A stretch of DNA of 64,000 nt from a virus (lineage: Duplodnaviria; Caudoviricetes): the IMG/VR virus record IMGVR_UViG_3300024346_000003; one strand, given 5' to 3'. The notes under the pieces are model-generated. The model did not search any database. It saw nothing but the letters and a program-made list of their open reading frames with translations, and was not told the DNA's origin. Every line of letters begins with the position of its first letter. Position 1 is the first letter of the stretch. Below are positions 1 to 8,540 of this stretch, piece after piece. The position numbers and the translations under genes are program-made.

Positions 1-92
1 TATTTCACCGCTTGTTAGCATAGGTTTTTATTAATAAATATGTGAAAACACGCAAAAACAAAAAAGGATGACTTTCGCCACCCTTTTATAAA

Positions 93-1232
93 TTAGAATA
101 AATCCTCTATCTCAAATAAATCATCACCCATTGATTCATTATATTCATCTTCTTTTATTTCTCGTTTTATTTCATTTAATAATTCTGAAATAATTTCTTT
201 ACCTCTTTTAGTACCCCCTAGTATCTCTCTCATCGTATGAGCATATTCCTTAGGTTCCAATTGTGAAATATCAGCATATACATGATGCTTTAAATTAAAA
301 TCACCAGCTGGTATCATAGCACAGAATTTACCCCATAAACCAGGACCAATTCTCATATCCCATGGTTCAGCTTGTACAAAATCTGATTTGTTAATAACAT
401 ACTCAGCTATATTTTTTTTATTTGGTAAACCAGGTGCTGATAGAATTTCCATACAACCTTTAACCAATTCATGTATTAATACTGGGAAAACCATTGCTTT
501 AGCATTTAATGTTGTTGGTTTGTTTTTTTCTTTTGAACCAAACTCAACTTCACATTTACCAGCATTTGTTGAACTCTCTAAAGTTGGCTGCAAATAATAC
601 ATGTAATCAGCGGCAGTCATCATTTTTTTATAATTGTTAATCAATTTAGGATTCATATTAGTTAATTCAGCATCAGCTAAATGATACATATGATTAACTT
701 TTTTTGCAGCACCTTGATTCATTGCATTTACAAATCTTCTTTTATATACACTATCATTTGCATACTCCATTTCATCGTGGTCATCAAATTCAGTGATGGT
801 TTCTTGGTCAGGTACTAAATTTGTACCATTTAAATCAATATAAGGTGTTAATTCAGCATTTATAATAACTTCTTCTGGTATATCGAATTCTTCTCTAACC
901 ATTTTAACAGCTAATTCTACTAATTCTTTTTTGTGTTTTTCTTCTAAAGACATTGTATCATTAACTAAAGGCATCATTTCCATCATTAAAGACATATTAT
1001 CTATCTCCTCAACATTAAATGCTTTTTTAACTTCATTAACAACATCTTTAAATCTTTCACCAACAATTGCTGTTGCAAAATTTCGTTCATTACCAACTGG
1101 AAAACAAGGACTTTCACCTAAAGAAGTTTTATTACTTAATAAATCTTCCTCAAGTTTTGGGTGCATTCTTTCTTTTAAATCTTTTGGGTAAATAAGACTT
1201 TCAGCTAATATGTTTTTAGTTCTTCTACTCAT
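93..1232 (-). CDS. hypothetical protein (late module)
   Basis: 379-aa ORF, stop/start-coupled to upstream ORFs; no recognisable catalytic motif. Confidence 0.8.
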   Translation of the reverse strand: MSRRTKNILAESLIYPKDLKERMHPKLEEDLLSNKTSLGESPCFPVGNERNFATAIVGERFKDVVNEVKKAFNVEEIDNMSLMMEMMPLVNDTMSLEEKHKKELVELAVKMVREEFDIPEEVIINAELTPYIDLNGTNLVPDQETITEFDDHDEMEYANDSVYKRRFVNAMNQGAAKKVNHMYHLADAELTNMNPKLINNYKKMMTAADYMYYLQPTLESSTNAGKCEVEFGSKEKNKPTTLNAKAMVFPVLIHELVKGCMEILSAPGLPNKKNIAEYVINKSDFVQAEPWDMRIGPGLWGKFCAMIPAGDFNLKHHVYADISQLEPKEYAHTMREILGGTKRGKEIISELLNEIKREIKEDEYNESMGDDLFEIEDLF

Positions 1233-1678
1233 TATTTTAAATCTTTAACTTTTATTGTTTTTATAACTTTTCTTTTATTTTTTACAGATTCATCTATAGA
1301 ACCTAATTTAGACATATAATCTTGACCTTCAGGTGAATTTAACCAGTCATTATAGTCTTCTCTATTTCTATCATCTCTATCCGCAAGATTCTCAATATCT
1401 GAAGGACCTAAATCACCAAAATCTTCACCAGTTCCAGGATGATTATTTTCACTCACACCATCACCCTTTATAAATGTACCCATTGGTCCGTCTATAATAT
1501 CTTTATTTGTTTTAGCCACTTTCTTATCCAAATCCTCAAGTGCTTTTTTAGATTTTTCAATATCTTCAGGCTTTATTAATTTTGATTTATCATTTTGTTG
1601 GTTAACATCAGTTGTATTGCTAGTATTTACAACAGCATTTGCAGCTGCTTCAAGTATACTTATTTTTTTAATTCTCAT
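1232..1678 (-). CDS. hypothetical acidic protein
   Basis: 148-aa ORF in co-oriented operon. Confidence 0.75.
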   Translation of the reverse strand: MRIKKISILEAAANAVVNTSNTTDVNQQNDKSKLIKPEDIEKSKKALEDLDKKVAKTNKDIIDGPMGTFIKGDGVSENNHPGTGEDFGDLGPSDIENLADRDDRNREDYNDWLNSPEGQDYMSKLGSIDESVKNKRKVIKTIKVKDLK

Positions 1679-1679
1679 A

Positions 1680-2078
1680 TTACTTAACTTTTTTTTCTTT
1701 GTTATATTCTAAAACTAAATCACGTTCATAAAGTTTATCATTAACTTCAGCTATGTCTAAACCAAATGAGAACCAAAGTCTAGATTCTGGATATTCTTCA
1801 TAACCATCAATATCTTCCCAAGCCAATGCAACAATTTTATCAACCGCATCCCAAACAGCAAACGTATCACTATCTTGAACTAAATTGAATTTTATATCGG
1901 TACTTAATTTACCAACTGATTTAACAAATTCAGAATGTGGTGGCTCTGGTCTACCAGAAGCTGGAACCGCATCCCAATTATCACCATCAACATTATCAAT
2001 ATCAGATGAGAAGAGAAATTCATAAATGAAATCACCTTCCCAACCTTTACCAACTTTATTTATGTAAATTAATTTCAT
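1680..2078 (-). CDS. hypothetical protein
   Basis: 132-aa ORF in co-oriented operon. Confidence 0.8.
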   Translation of the reverse strand: MKLIYINKVGKGWEGDFIYEFLFSSDIDNVDGDNWDAVPASGRPEPPHSEFVKSVGKLSTDIKFNLVQDSDTFAVWDAVDKIVALAWEDIDGYEEYPESRLWFSFGLDIAEVNDKLYERDLVLEYNKEKKVK

Positions 2079-3886
2079 TAATAGTCCATTTTAGGTTTTG
2101 GTGCATGTGCTGGCTCAGCTTCCCAAATTCTTTTTCTTCTTGGTGAAGGTTGTGCTGGTTTTGTTTCTGGAATTACCACAGGTTCTTTAACTGGGTTATT
2201 CAATGTAATAGAATCTAACATATCTTGCATTTCGTTTAATTTTTCAATTATAACATCGTTATTTGCAAATATACTATTTTTTTTCAAATTATCCAAAGAT
2301 TCACTTATTTTAACACATTTATCTTTACCATTTTCAGTACCAGCGTACTTATAACCTTTCCAACATGCTTTACCATCAACACCTTTTATTTTATCTTCAC
2401 CAACTATTTTAGATACTGGTGTTCTAGACCACATTTTACATGACCAATATTTAGGTGTAGTTCTATCTTTTGCTTGAGCACATTTGTGTCTAGCTCTGAA
2501 TGATTTTCTTCTTTTTGGGTCATCTCTTTTAATTTCCATATTTGGGTCACCAAAATTAACTTTAACCACATTACCTTTTTTATTTTTAACGTAAACTTTA
2601 AATTTCTTAACATCACCCTTTGTCGGTTTACCTAATGTAACTTTTCTACCTTGGTATTCAGCTTCATTAATCCCATTCCCAACAAATAATTGCGCAATAT
2701 CACTTTCTGGCGATTCAACTGAACCATGATTATCTTCATATCCAGCTTCAGTATCACCGTCATAACCAAGTTGACCAGTTAAAAAATGATAAACTTCTTC
2801 AATATCATCTTTTGAAGTTGCTGCTAGATTTGAAATCCATTCACCATGGTTTAAAATCTCATTATCAACCATAAACACATCCATATTTAATATTTCATGT
2901 GTTGCATGTTTTATCGTTTTCAAATTTTGAAATAACATATAATTATTAGATTCAGACTCTTCAGTCATTCTTTCTTGACCTTCTAAATAATGGTAAATGT
3001 GCTCAATATCATGAGTTGCTGTTGCAACATGGTCTAAAGCCCAACCATGACCATTATCTAATAAAGCACTAACTTCATTCATATCCATACTCAATAATTC
3101 ACAAGCATCTTCATATATTGAATAGATATCATTAAAAAACATTCCATTTTTTAATTCTTCACCACCTTGATTATCGTTATTTTCATGTACTTCAAAATCA
3201 TCACCAAATGCGACAACATTATCACTTAATAAATCATCAGACTCCCACATTTGATTTTCAGCACCTGGTGCAAATCTAGCATCATTTGCAAAATATGATT
3301 TGTCAGCATTACCAGGTTGAAAACCTAAATCACCAGCTTCATCTAAAGGCTCTTCAGTTTCAGAATCAACATCTACTTCATCATCACCCATATTTGCTTC
3401 TTCATCATCACCAGTATCAACATTAACATCAACATTAACATCTTTACCTTCATCACCAGAAGATTTAATTTTTTTGATTATATCTTTTTGGTCTTCTTCA
3501 TCCATTTCAGCAGTATGAGTCGCTGAAATTACAGAATTAATTGCAAATTTTTCTAAATCAAAATCAGGTTGACCTTTATCTTCACTATATTTTCTAAGTG
3601 TAGTACCTAATTTACCAGCAAGTTGCTGTATATATTTTTCTGGGTCCTCAGTTTCATCAGCTTCAATACCAGCATCGAAAGGTGTATCATCAAATGGTTT
3701 ATCATCACCAGGTGCAGCTTCAGGTACCTCAGCATCCAAACCCATATCAGCTTCCTCACCACCAGTTACAGGAGGTGTAGAAACGTCCAAAGCTGGCGTA
3801 CTAGGTGCAGCCAGCTTTAGTTTATATTTTACTTCTTCTTCTAGATTATACCCTTCCTCTTCATCAGCGAAAAGACCAGTAGACAT
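2078..3886 (-). CDS. modular acidic protein, probable C-terminal part of a -1 frameshift fusion with 3907-4692
   Basis: 602-aa ORF; frame stays open upstream to the A10 run at 3913-3922; acidic linker, internal duplicated helical module, basic Cys module, Pro-rich tail. Confidence 0.8.
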   Translation of the reverse strand: MSTGLFADEEEGYNLEEEVKYKLKLAAPSTPALDVSTPPVTGGEEADMGLDAEVPEAAPGDDKPFDDTPFDAGIEADETEDPEKYIQQLAGKLGTTLRKYSEDKGQPDFDLEKFAINSVISATHTAEMDEEDQKDIIKKIKSSGDEGKDVNVDVNVDTGDDEEANMGDDEVDVDSETEEPLDEAGDLGFQPGNADKSYFANDARFAPGAENQMWESDDLLSDNVVAFGDDFEVHENNDNQGGEELKNGMFFNDIYSIYEDACELLSMDMNEVSALLDNGHGWALDHVATATHDIEHIYHYLEGQERMTEESESNNYMLFQNLKTIKHATHEILNMDVFMVDNEILNHGEWISNLAATSKDDIEEVYHFLTGQLGYDGDTEAGYEDNHGSVESPESDIAQLFVGNGINEAEYQGRKVTLGKPTKGDVKKFKVYVKNKKGNVVKVNFGDPNMEIKRDDPKRRKSFRARHKCAQAKDRTTPKYWSCKMWSRTPVSKIVGEDKIKGVDGKACWKGYKYAGTENGKDKCVKISESLDNLKKNSIFANNDVIIEKLNEMQDMLDSITLNNPVKEPVVIPETKPAQPSPRRKRIWEAEPAHAPKPKMDY

Positions 3887-3906
3887 CCCATCTACTTTAG
3901 TTTCAA

Positions 3907-4692
3907 TTAAGCTTTTTTTTTTAAAGTATTTAACAATGCTTCTTTTTCAGATTCAGTTAATGAATTTAAAATACCACTTACTTTATCAGAAGTATCTTCA
4001 CCAATAATTGAATCCATTCTAGCCATTGCAGTTTCAATACTAAAACCTTTTTTAGATTCAGGTATATTTATTTCTTTTGGTGGGTTAGGTAGTTGATTAG
4101 GGTCATCTTCATTTCCCATAGTGTAATCAACATCATCTAACATTTCATCGATAGCCATTTCATTTTCAGATAATTTAACAGCTTCAAATTCATCATCAGC
4201 ATCTTTGTTAGCAAGATTATCACCAAATTGACCTTCTTCCTTACCTTCTTTAGAATCGTAAGATAATTTTTCACCAGATTTATCTAAAATATCTTTAGAT
4301 GCATCATTTTCAGCTAACAAATTGTCATCTACAAATGCATTGTAGCTACTAATTTTACCATGAGCTTCATTTAAACTCATTAATTTTAAATTCAAATGTT
4401 TAATAGCTTTTGCGTATGATGGGTATACTTCAGATGTCTTATTCATCAAACCACCAATGTAATTGAAATCTTCAGTTACTAAATTTGATTGTTTGTCAGT
4501 TATTTTAATAAAATAATTGTGACCTTCTCTAACCACACCATAAACCTTACCATCAGGTCCTAATTTAGTCAATTCAACAACAGAATTTTTAACGTCTTCA
4601 TTTAATTGGGATTGACCCATTAATTCTCGCATTCTGTTAAGCTTATCATTACCTTTTAACCCTGTAGGTTTAACTATAAATGGATTCTTCAT
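3907..4692 (-). CDS. hypothetical protein ending in slippery LKKKA
   Basis: 261-aa ORF ending TTA AAA AAA AAA GCT TAA. Confidence 0.8.
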   Translation of the reverse strand: MKNPFIVKPTGLKGNDKLNRMRELMGQSQLNEDVKNSVVELTKLGPDGKVYGVVREGHNYFIKITDKQSNLVTEDFNYIGGLMNKTSEVYPSYAKAIKHLNLKLMSLNEAHGKISSYNAFVDDNLLAENDASKDILDKSGEKLSYDSKEGKEEGQFGDNLANKDADDEFEAVKLSENEMAIDEMLDDVDYTMGNEDDPNQLPNPPKEINIPESKKGFSIETAMARMDSIIGEDTSDKVSGILNSLTESEKEALLNTLKKKA

Positions 4693-4718
4693 TTTATATT
4701 GTTTTTTTAATTTTTTAT

Positions 4719-4976
4719 TTATAAGCTAATTGACCCCAAATATGGGCTACCATTAGTGACATCTTTATTAACACCAAGTACATAACAACCAACACCACCA
4801 GATAGTGTATTAATACCTATGAATATACTAGAACTACTACCCATATCAATGCTATACCCATTAACAGTAATGGTGCAACCTGTTGGTCCACCATATATTT
4901 CATTATAAGTGTATGCTGTTAAGTTAGCATCAGCAATTGTATGACATACTGCACTTACTTCATTTATTTTTGCCAT
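4719..4976 (-). CDS. small hypothetical protein
   Basis: 85-aa ORF downstream of two overlapping ATATTTAT motifs (4992-5005). Confidence 0.7.
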   Translation of the reverse strand: MAKINEVSAVCHTIADANLTAYTYNEIYGGPTGCTITVNGYSIDMGSSSSIFIGINTLSGGVGCYVLGVNKDVTNGSPYLGSISL

Positions 4977-5042
4977 AATATATTATAGTTTATAAATATA
5001 AATATGCGAAAAGTCTAAAAAAGATATTTTTATAAAATAAAA

Positions 5043-5066
5043 ATGGGATACTTTCATACCCCATTT
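5043..5066 (-). terminator. intrinsic terminator
   Basis: ATGGG(A)...CCCAT hairpin flanked by A/T tracts, directly after the thioesterase stop. Confidence 0.55.
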
Positions 5067-5071
5067 ATTTT

Positions 5072-5482
5072 TTATTTTGATTGACTGTCGGCAATTAACT
5101 TATTAATTCTATTTCTACCTTTCTCTCCGATTGGTATTGGATTACCTTCTTCATCAATTTGTACAAATTTTATATGTGTTTTTAAAACTAAAACTTGTTT
5201 CCCAGTATAAACATTATGGGCCCTGGCTTCCATGTATAACGTTACAGATGAATTACCAACTTGCGTTGGGTAACCATAGATTTTAAGTAACTGACTTTCT
5301 CTAGCTGGCTTCTCAAAGATACATTTATCAATTGATACAGTCACCATTCTAGGTGTATCACACAATTGCATTGAATATGCAGCAGCTGCCGCATCAATCC
5401 AAGCCAATAGTTTACCACCGAACAAATTACCATGGAAACCTAAGTCTGATTTTTTAATTGGGTGTTGGTTTAATTGTTCCAT
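5072..5482 (-). CDS. acyl-CoA thioesterase (hotdog fold, YciA-like)
   Basis: DLGFHGNLFGGKLLAWID motif and VTVSIDKCIF strand typical of hotdog thioesterases. Confidence 0.8.
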   Translation of the reverse strand: MEQLNQHPIKKSDLGFHGNLFGGKLLAWIDAAAAAYSMQLCDTPRMVTVSIDKCIFEKPARESQLLKIYGYPTQVGNSSVTLYMEARAHNVYTGKQVLVLKTHIKFVQIDEEGNPIPIGEKGRNRINKLIADSQSK

Positions 5483-5985
5483 TATTTTAACACTTGTTTT
5501 ATTTTATTAACATACCCCTCTAGTAATACAATCTTTCTTCTAATACTAATCTTATCCATATCCGCCAACATTCTTAAGTAATCGTTTAATTCATCTAATT
5601 GGTTAAATTCTTCTTTTAAAAGTTTAGATGCTTCACTTTCCATTAATTCTGCCATATTGAGTTTATCTGAAATGTTTAATTTTTTATCCCATTTTTCAAC
5701 AACTTCAGGAAATGTGTTTTTAATTGCGTTCTGTTGTCTGATTGGTATATCACTTTCCATTAATCCTGATAAATTTACCTTTTGTGTTTTGAAAGTCATA
5801 TCTTTATCTAACCCATCTAATAACCCAGTAGCTTCCCATTTTTTTATGGTTTTCTCTCGTTCCCATATTTTTATAAATGACTCAATTGTGGGTGTATATA
5901 TTCTTCTCTCCCACTCTTCAAAACTTATATGTGGTTCTTGATTTACAAATAAGTAATTTTCATATTGTGTTCTTAATGTTGCCAT
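5482..5985 (-). CDS. hypothetical protein with capsid-N-terminus-like segments
   Basis: 167-aa ORF; KKWEATGLLDGL and NMAELMESEASKLLKE segments. Confidence 0.65.
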   Translation of the reverse strand: MATLRTQYENYLFVNQEPHISFEEWERRIYTPTIESFIKIWEREKTIKKWEATGLLDGLDKDMTFKTQKVNLSGLMESDIPIRQQNAIKNTFPEVVEKWDKKLNISDKLNMAELMESEASKLLKEEFNQLDELNDYLRMLADMDKISIRRKIVLLEGYVNKIKQVLK

Positions 5986-5988
5986 AAT

Positions 5989-6186
5989 TTATTTTTTATT
6001 TTGATTGACTGTCAATTGTTGGGGTCTTTCCACCCATTCTTTATATGAATAATCATATATAGAACCGTCACTAGATTCTAGTATAAATCTAGTACTAGAT
6101 TTAAATCTTTCAATATCTGTCCAATCAGATATTTCAATATCTTTAAGGATATCACCTACTGGGTTTAATAATTTTAATTTAATCAT
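5989..6186 (-). CDS. small hypothetical protein
   Basis: 65-aa ORF in operon. Confidence 0.65.
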   Translation of the reverse strand: MIKLKLLNPVGDILKDIEISDWTDIERFKSSTRFILESSDGSIYDYSYKEWVERPQQLTVNQNKK

Positions 6187-6189
6187 AAT

Positions 6190-7443
6190 TTAATTGCTTA
6201 GTGGTGCTTTAATTGTTGGGTGTGATTGGTAGTCTTTTAAGATAAATCCATCTAACTCGTAATTATCAATATATGTTTCTTTTTCATATTTGAAAAATAA
6301 TTTTGGTAGTGTATATGGTTCTCTTGTTCGTGTTGGTATATTCCATTGGTCAATTTCAGAATGCGATAATGTACTACTGTCTCCACCGTTATAAATTTGA
6401 TTAAACATTTCTTGATTAACCATCGCTCTTCGTTCATCTAAAGTTAACTCTCTACCAATCTGTTCCTTTGCTTGTTCAACATGATTCAAATACAAATGTG
6501 TATCACCCAAGTTACCAATCAATTCATCAGGAACCATATTGACTTCCTTAGCAATGATTTCTAATAACAAACCATAAGATGCAATATTGAATGGTAAACC
6601 TAAGAATGTATCTACTGAACGTTGATTCCACATTAAAGAGATTGCTCGTTTAGGAATGTTAAATGAGTTTAGTTTTTTATGACCTTCATAACTTTCTACA
6701 TAATCAATCTCCCACATTCCTCGTTTGCCTGTTTCATTTTGATTTTGTTGATACCATAGTTCAATACGTTCTTCCAAACTCAACACTCTTGTAAAAAACT
6801 GAAAATCTGTATGACAAGGGGGTAATACCATTTCATTTAATTCACCAACATTCCAAGCAGAAACTCTATTGCGTCTGGAGTCTGGGTCTGTTTTAAGTAA
6901 ATTGATTGCGTTTTGTATTTGGTCTGTTCCTTTAATACCGTAACCTCTTTCTTCAGTTTGAGGCTCATAACCCCAATTTCTCCATTGTTTACCATACACT
7001 GGACCTAATTCACCCCACTTGTTAGCAAACTCATCATTAGTTTTTATTTTATTAATAAATTCTTCTTGTGTTAATAATCTTGAAGTTGCATTATAAATAG
7101 GTCCTTCTACAATAACTATATCTTTATTAATTTCTAAATTAAGATTTATGTTTTGATTTTTGTTAATAAAATTTTTATACGCATCACCATCCCAAATGTG
7201 ACAATTATTATCAATAAGATATTTAATGTTTGTATCACCACGTAAAAACCACAACAATTCTGTTACAATTCCTTTGAAATACATCTTTTTTGATGTAATC
7301 AGTGGAAAACCATCTGACATCTTGTGTCTGATTTGCCTTCCGAATACAGATATCGTACCTGTTCCAGTACGGTCTTGCTTGGTTACTCCGTTATCTAGGA
7401 TATCTTGGAGTAGGTCTGTGTATTGTTTATCTAGTTTGTTCAT
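6190..7443 (-). CDS. thyA: thymidylate synthase with insertions
   Basis: DRTGTGT, ELLWFLRG, LGPVYGKQWR, catalytic LPPCH, QRSVDTFLGLPFNIASY, GDTHLY, YQSHPTIKAPLS. Confidence 0.97.
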   Translation of the reverse strand: MNKLDKQYTDLLQDILDNGVTKQDRTGTGTISVFGRQIRHKMSDGFPLITSKKMYFKGIVTELLWFLRGDTNIKYLIDNNCHIWDGDAYKNFINKNQNINLNLEINKDIVIVEGPIYNATSRLLTQEEFINKIKTNDEFANKWGELGPVYGKQWRNWGYEPQTEERGYGIKGTDQIQNAINLLKTDPDSRRNRVSAWNVGELNEMVLPPCHTDFQFFTRVLSLEERIELWYQQNQNETGKRGMWEIDYVESYEGHKKLNSFNIPKRAISLMWNQRSVDTFLGLPFNIASYGLLLEIIAKEVNMVPDELIGNLGDTHLYLNHVEQAKEQIGRELTLDERRAMVNQEMFNQIYNGGDSSTLSHSEIDQWNIPTRTREPYTLPKLFFKYEKETYIDNYELDGFILKDYQSHPTIKAPLSN

Positions 7444-7586
7444 TTTAAATATTTTGTTTTATAGTCTAGCACTATTAATATTGCTTCTCTTATTTTTTCA
7501 TCATGTGTTGATTCATGTAGTAATTTTAACGTCTTATCAAAATCATCTATAAGATATGTATCGTATTGTTTATCTAGGCTGTTCAT
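7440..7586 (-). CDS. 48-aa protein not in ORF track; paralog of the C-terminus of 63651-63932
   Basis: hand translation MNSLDKQYDTYLIDDFDKTLKLLHESTHDEKIREAILIVLDYKTKYLK; ATGA overlap with thyA start. Confidence 0.7.
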   Translation of the reverse strand: MNSLDKQYDTYLIDDFDKTLKLLHESTHDEKIREAILIVLDYKTKYLK

Positions 7587-7803
7587 TGTATTTTTTTATA
7601 AACCATTTAATTCCTGTTATTTTATGAAGGTAGTATAAAACAATCTTTTTCTTATTTTTAGTCCATATTTTTCTTGTTCCATTCTTATCTGAAAATATCA
7701 TATATGGTGTTTCAATTAGGATATAAGGTGTATAGACTATTTTAGATTCGACAATCCTTTCCTCCATCGTAATATTAATAGTCGGTATTTCTTCTTTATT
7801 CAT
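7570..7803 (-). CDS. hypothetical protein
   Basis: 77-aa ORF overlapping neighbours. Confidence 0.6.
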   Translation of the reverse strand: MNKEEIPTINITMEERIVESKIVYTPYILIETPYMIFSDKNGTRKIWTKNKKKIVLYYLHKITGIKWFIKKYNEQPR

Positions 7804-8227
7804 TAGTTGGGTTAAAATATTTTTCTATTTTATTAACTAAATTCATTAGTTTTGTTTCTTTGAATTCAGAATTGGTGTCAAAATCAGTAATGATTAATTC
7901 CATATCATCGATTATGGATTGTTGTTTTAATCTAAGTTCTTCTTGTTTAAGTTTATCAATTTCTTCTTCAATAACTTTAGCATCAACAACATCACCTTTT
8001 TCAACTGAGTGTAATTTTATATGTGAATTTAGAATAATACCCTGACTTTCTGCGGTTTCAAATCGTAAATAATCAGATGGTGAAACATCCATGTAGGTAT
8101 ATTGTGCACCACGCTTGAATGTAATTGTTAATCTTTTAGATTCTTTATCATACTTTGATGATAAAATATTTGATGAGTCATAAGTTGCCTCAATCAAATT
8201 TTCAGTTTGTTTTCTTTTTAATAGCAT
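7796..8227 (-). CDS. KTSC-domain protein
   Basis: SSNILSSKYD..LTITFKRGAQYTY.DV...F.TAESQG pattern plus C-terminal coiled coil. Confidence 0.75.
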   Translation of the reverse strand: MLLKRKQTENLIEATYDSSNILSSKYDKESKRLTITFKRGAQYTYMDVSPSDYLRFETAESQGIILNSHIKLHSVEKGDVVDAKVIEEEIDKLKQEELRLKQQSIIDDMELIITDFDTNSEFKETKLMNLVNKIEKYFNPTNE

Positions 8228-8442
8228 AATTTATTACTTGTTTTATAAGCTTTTATTTCTGATAAATTAAATACGTTATGGACATTATCTCCGTCAGCAG
8301 TAATAATTACAATTAAAAATCCATTACTTAAAAATATTCTAGCATCATAATATTTGATATTCGTTATCGATACCCTCTGACTATCATTATATTTTAAAAT
8401 TTCAACTGATTTGTAATACACTCCATTTTCCATAATTATCAT
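8218..8442 (-). CDS. hypothetical protein
   Basis: 74-aa ORF after a TATATTTG promoter element. Confidence 0.65.
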   Translation of the reverse strand: MIIMENGVYYKSVEILKYNDSQRVSITNIKYYDARIFLSNGFLIVIITADGDNVHNVFNLSEIKAYKTSNKLCY

Positions 8443-8540
8443 TTAAACTTTACTTACGTGCAAATATACTGATATTTATTTAAAAAAACAATAGTTGATT
8501 TTTACAAAAAAAATAAGTACTTTTAACAAAATTTTTTAAT

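Noticed and set aside
6190-7443. Intein or group I intron in thyA
   Set aside because: The ORF is continuous and the insertions are short, without intein splice motifs or a homing endonuclease.
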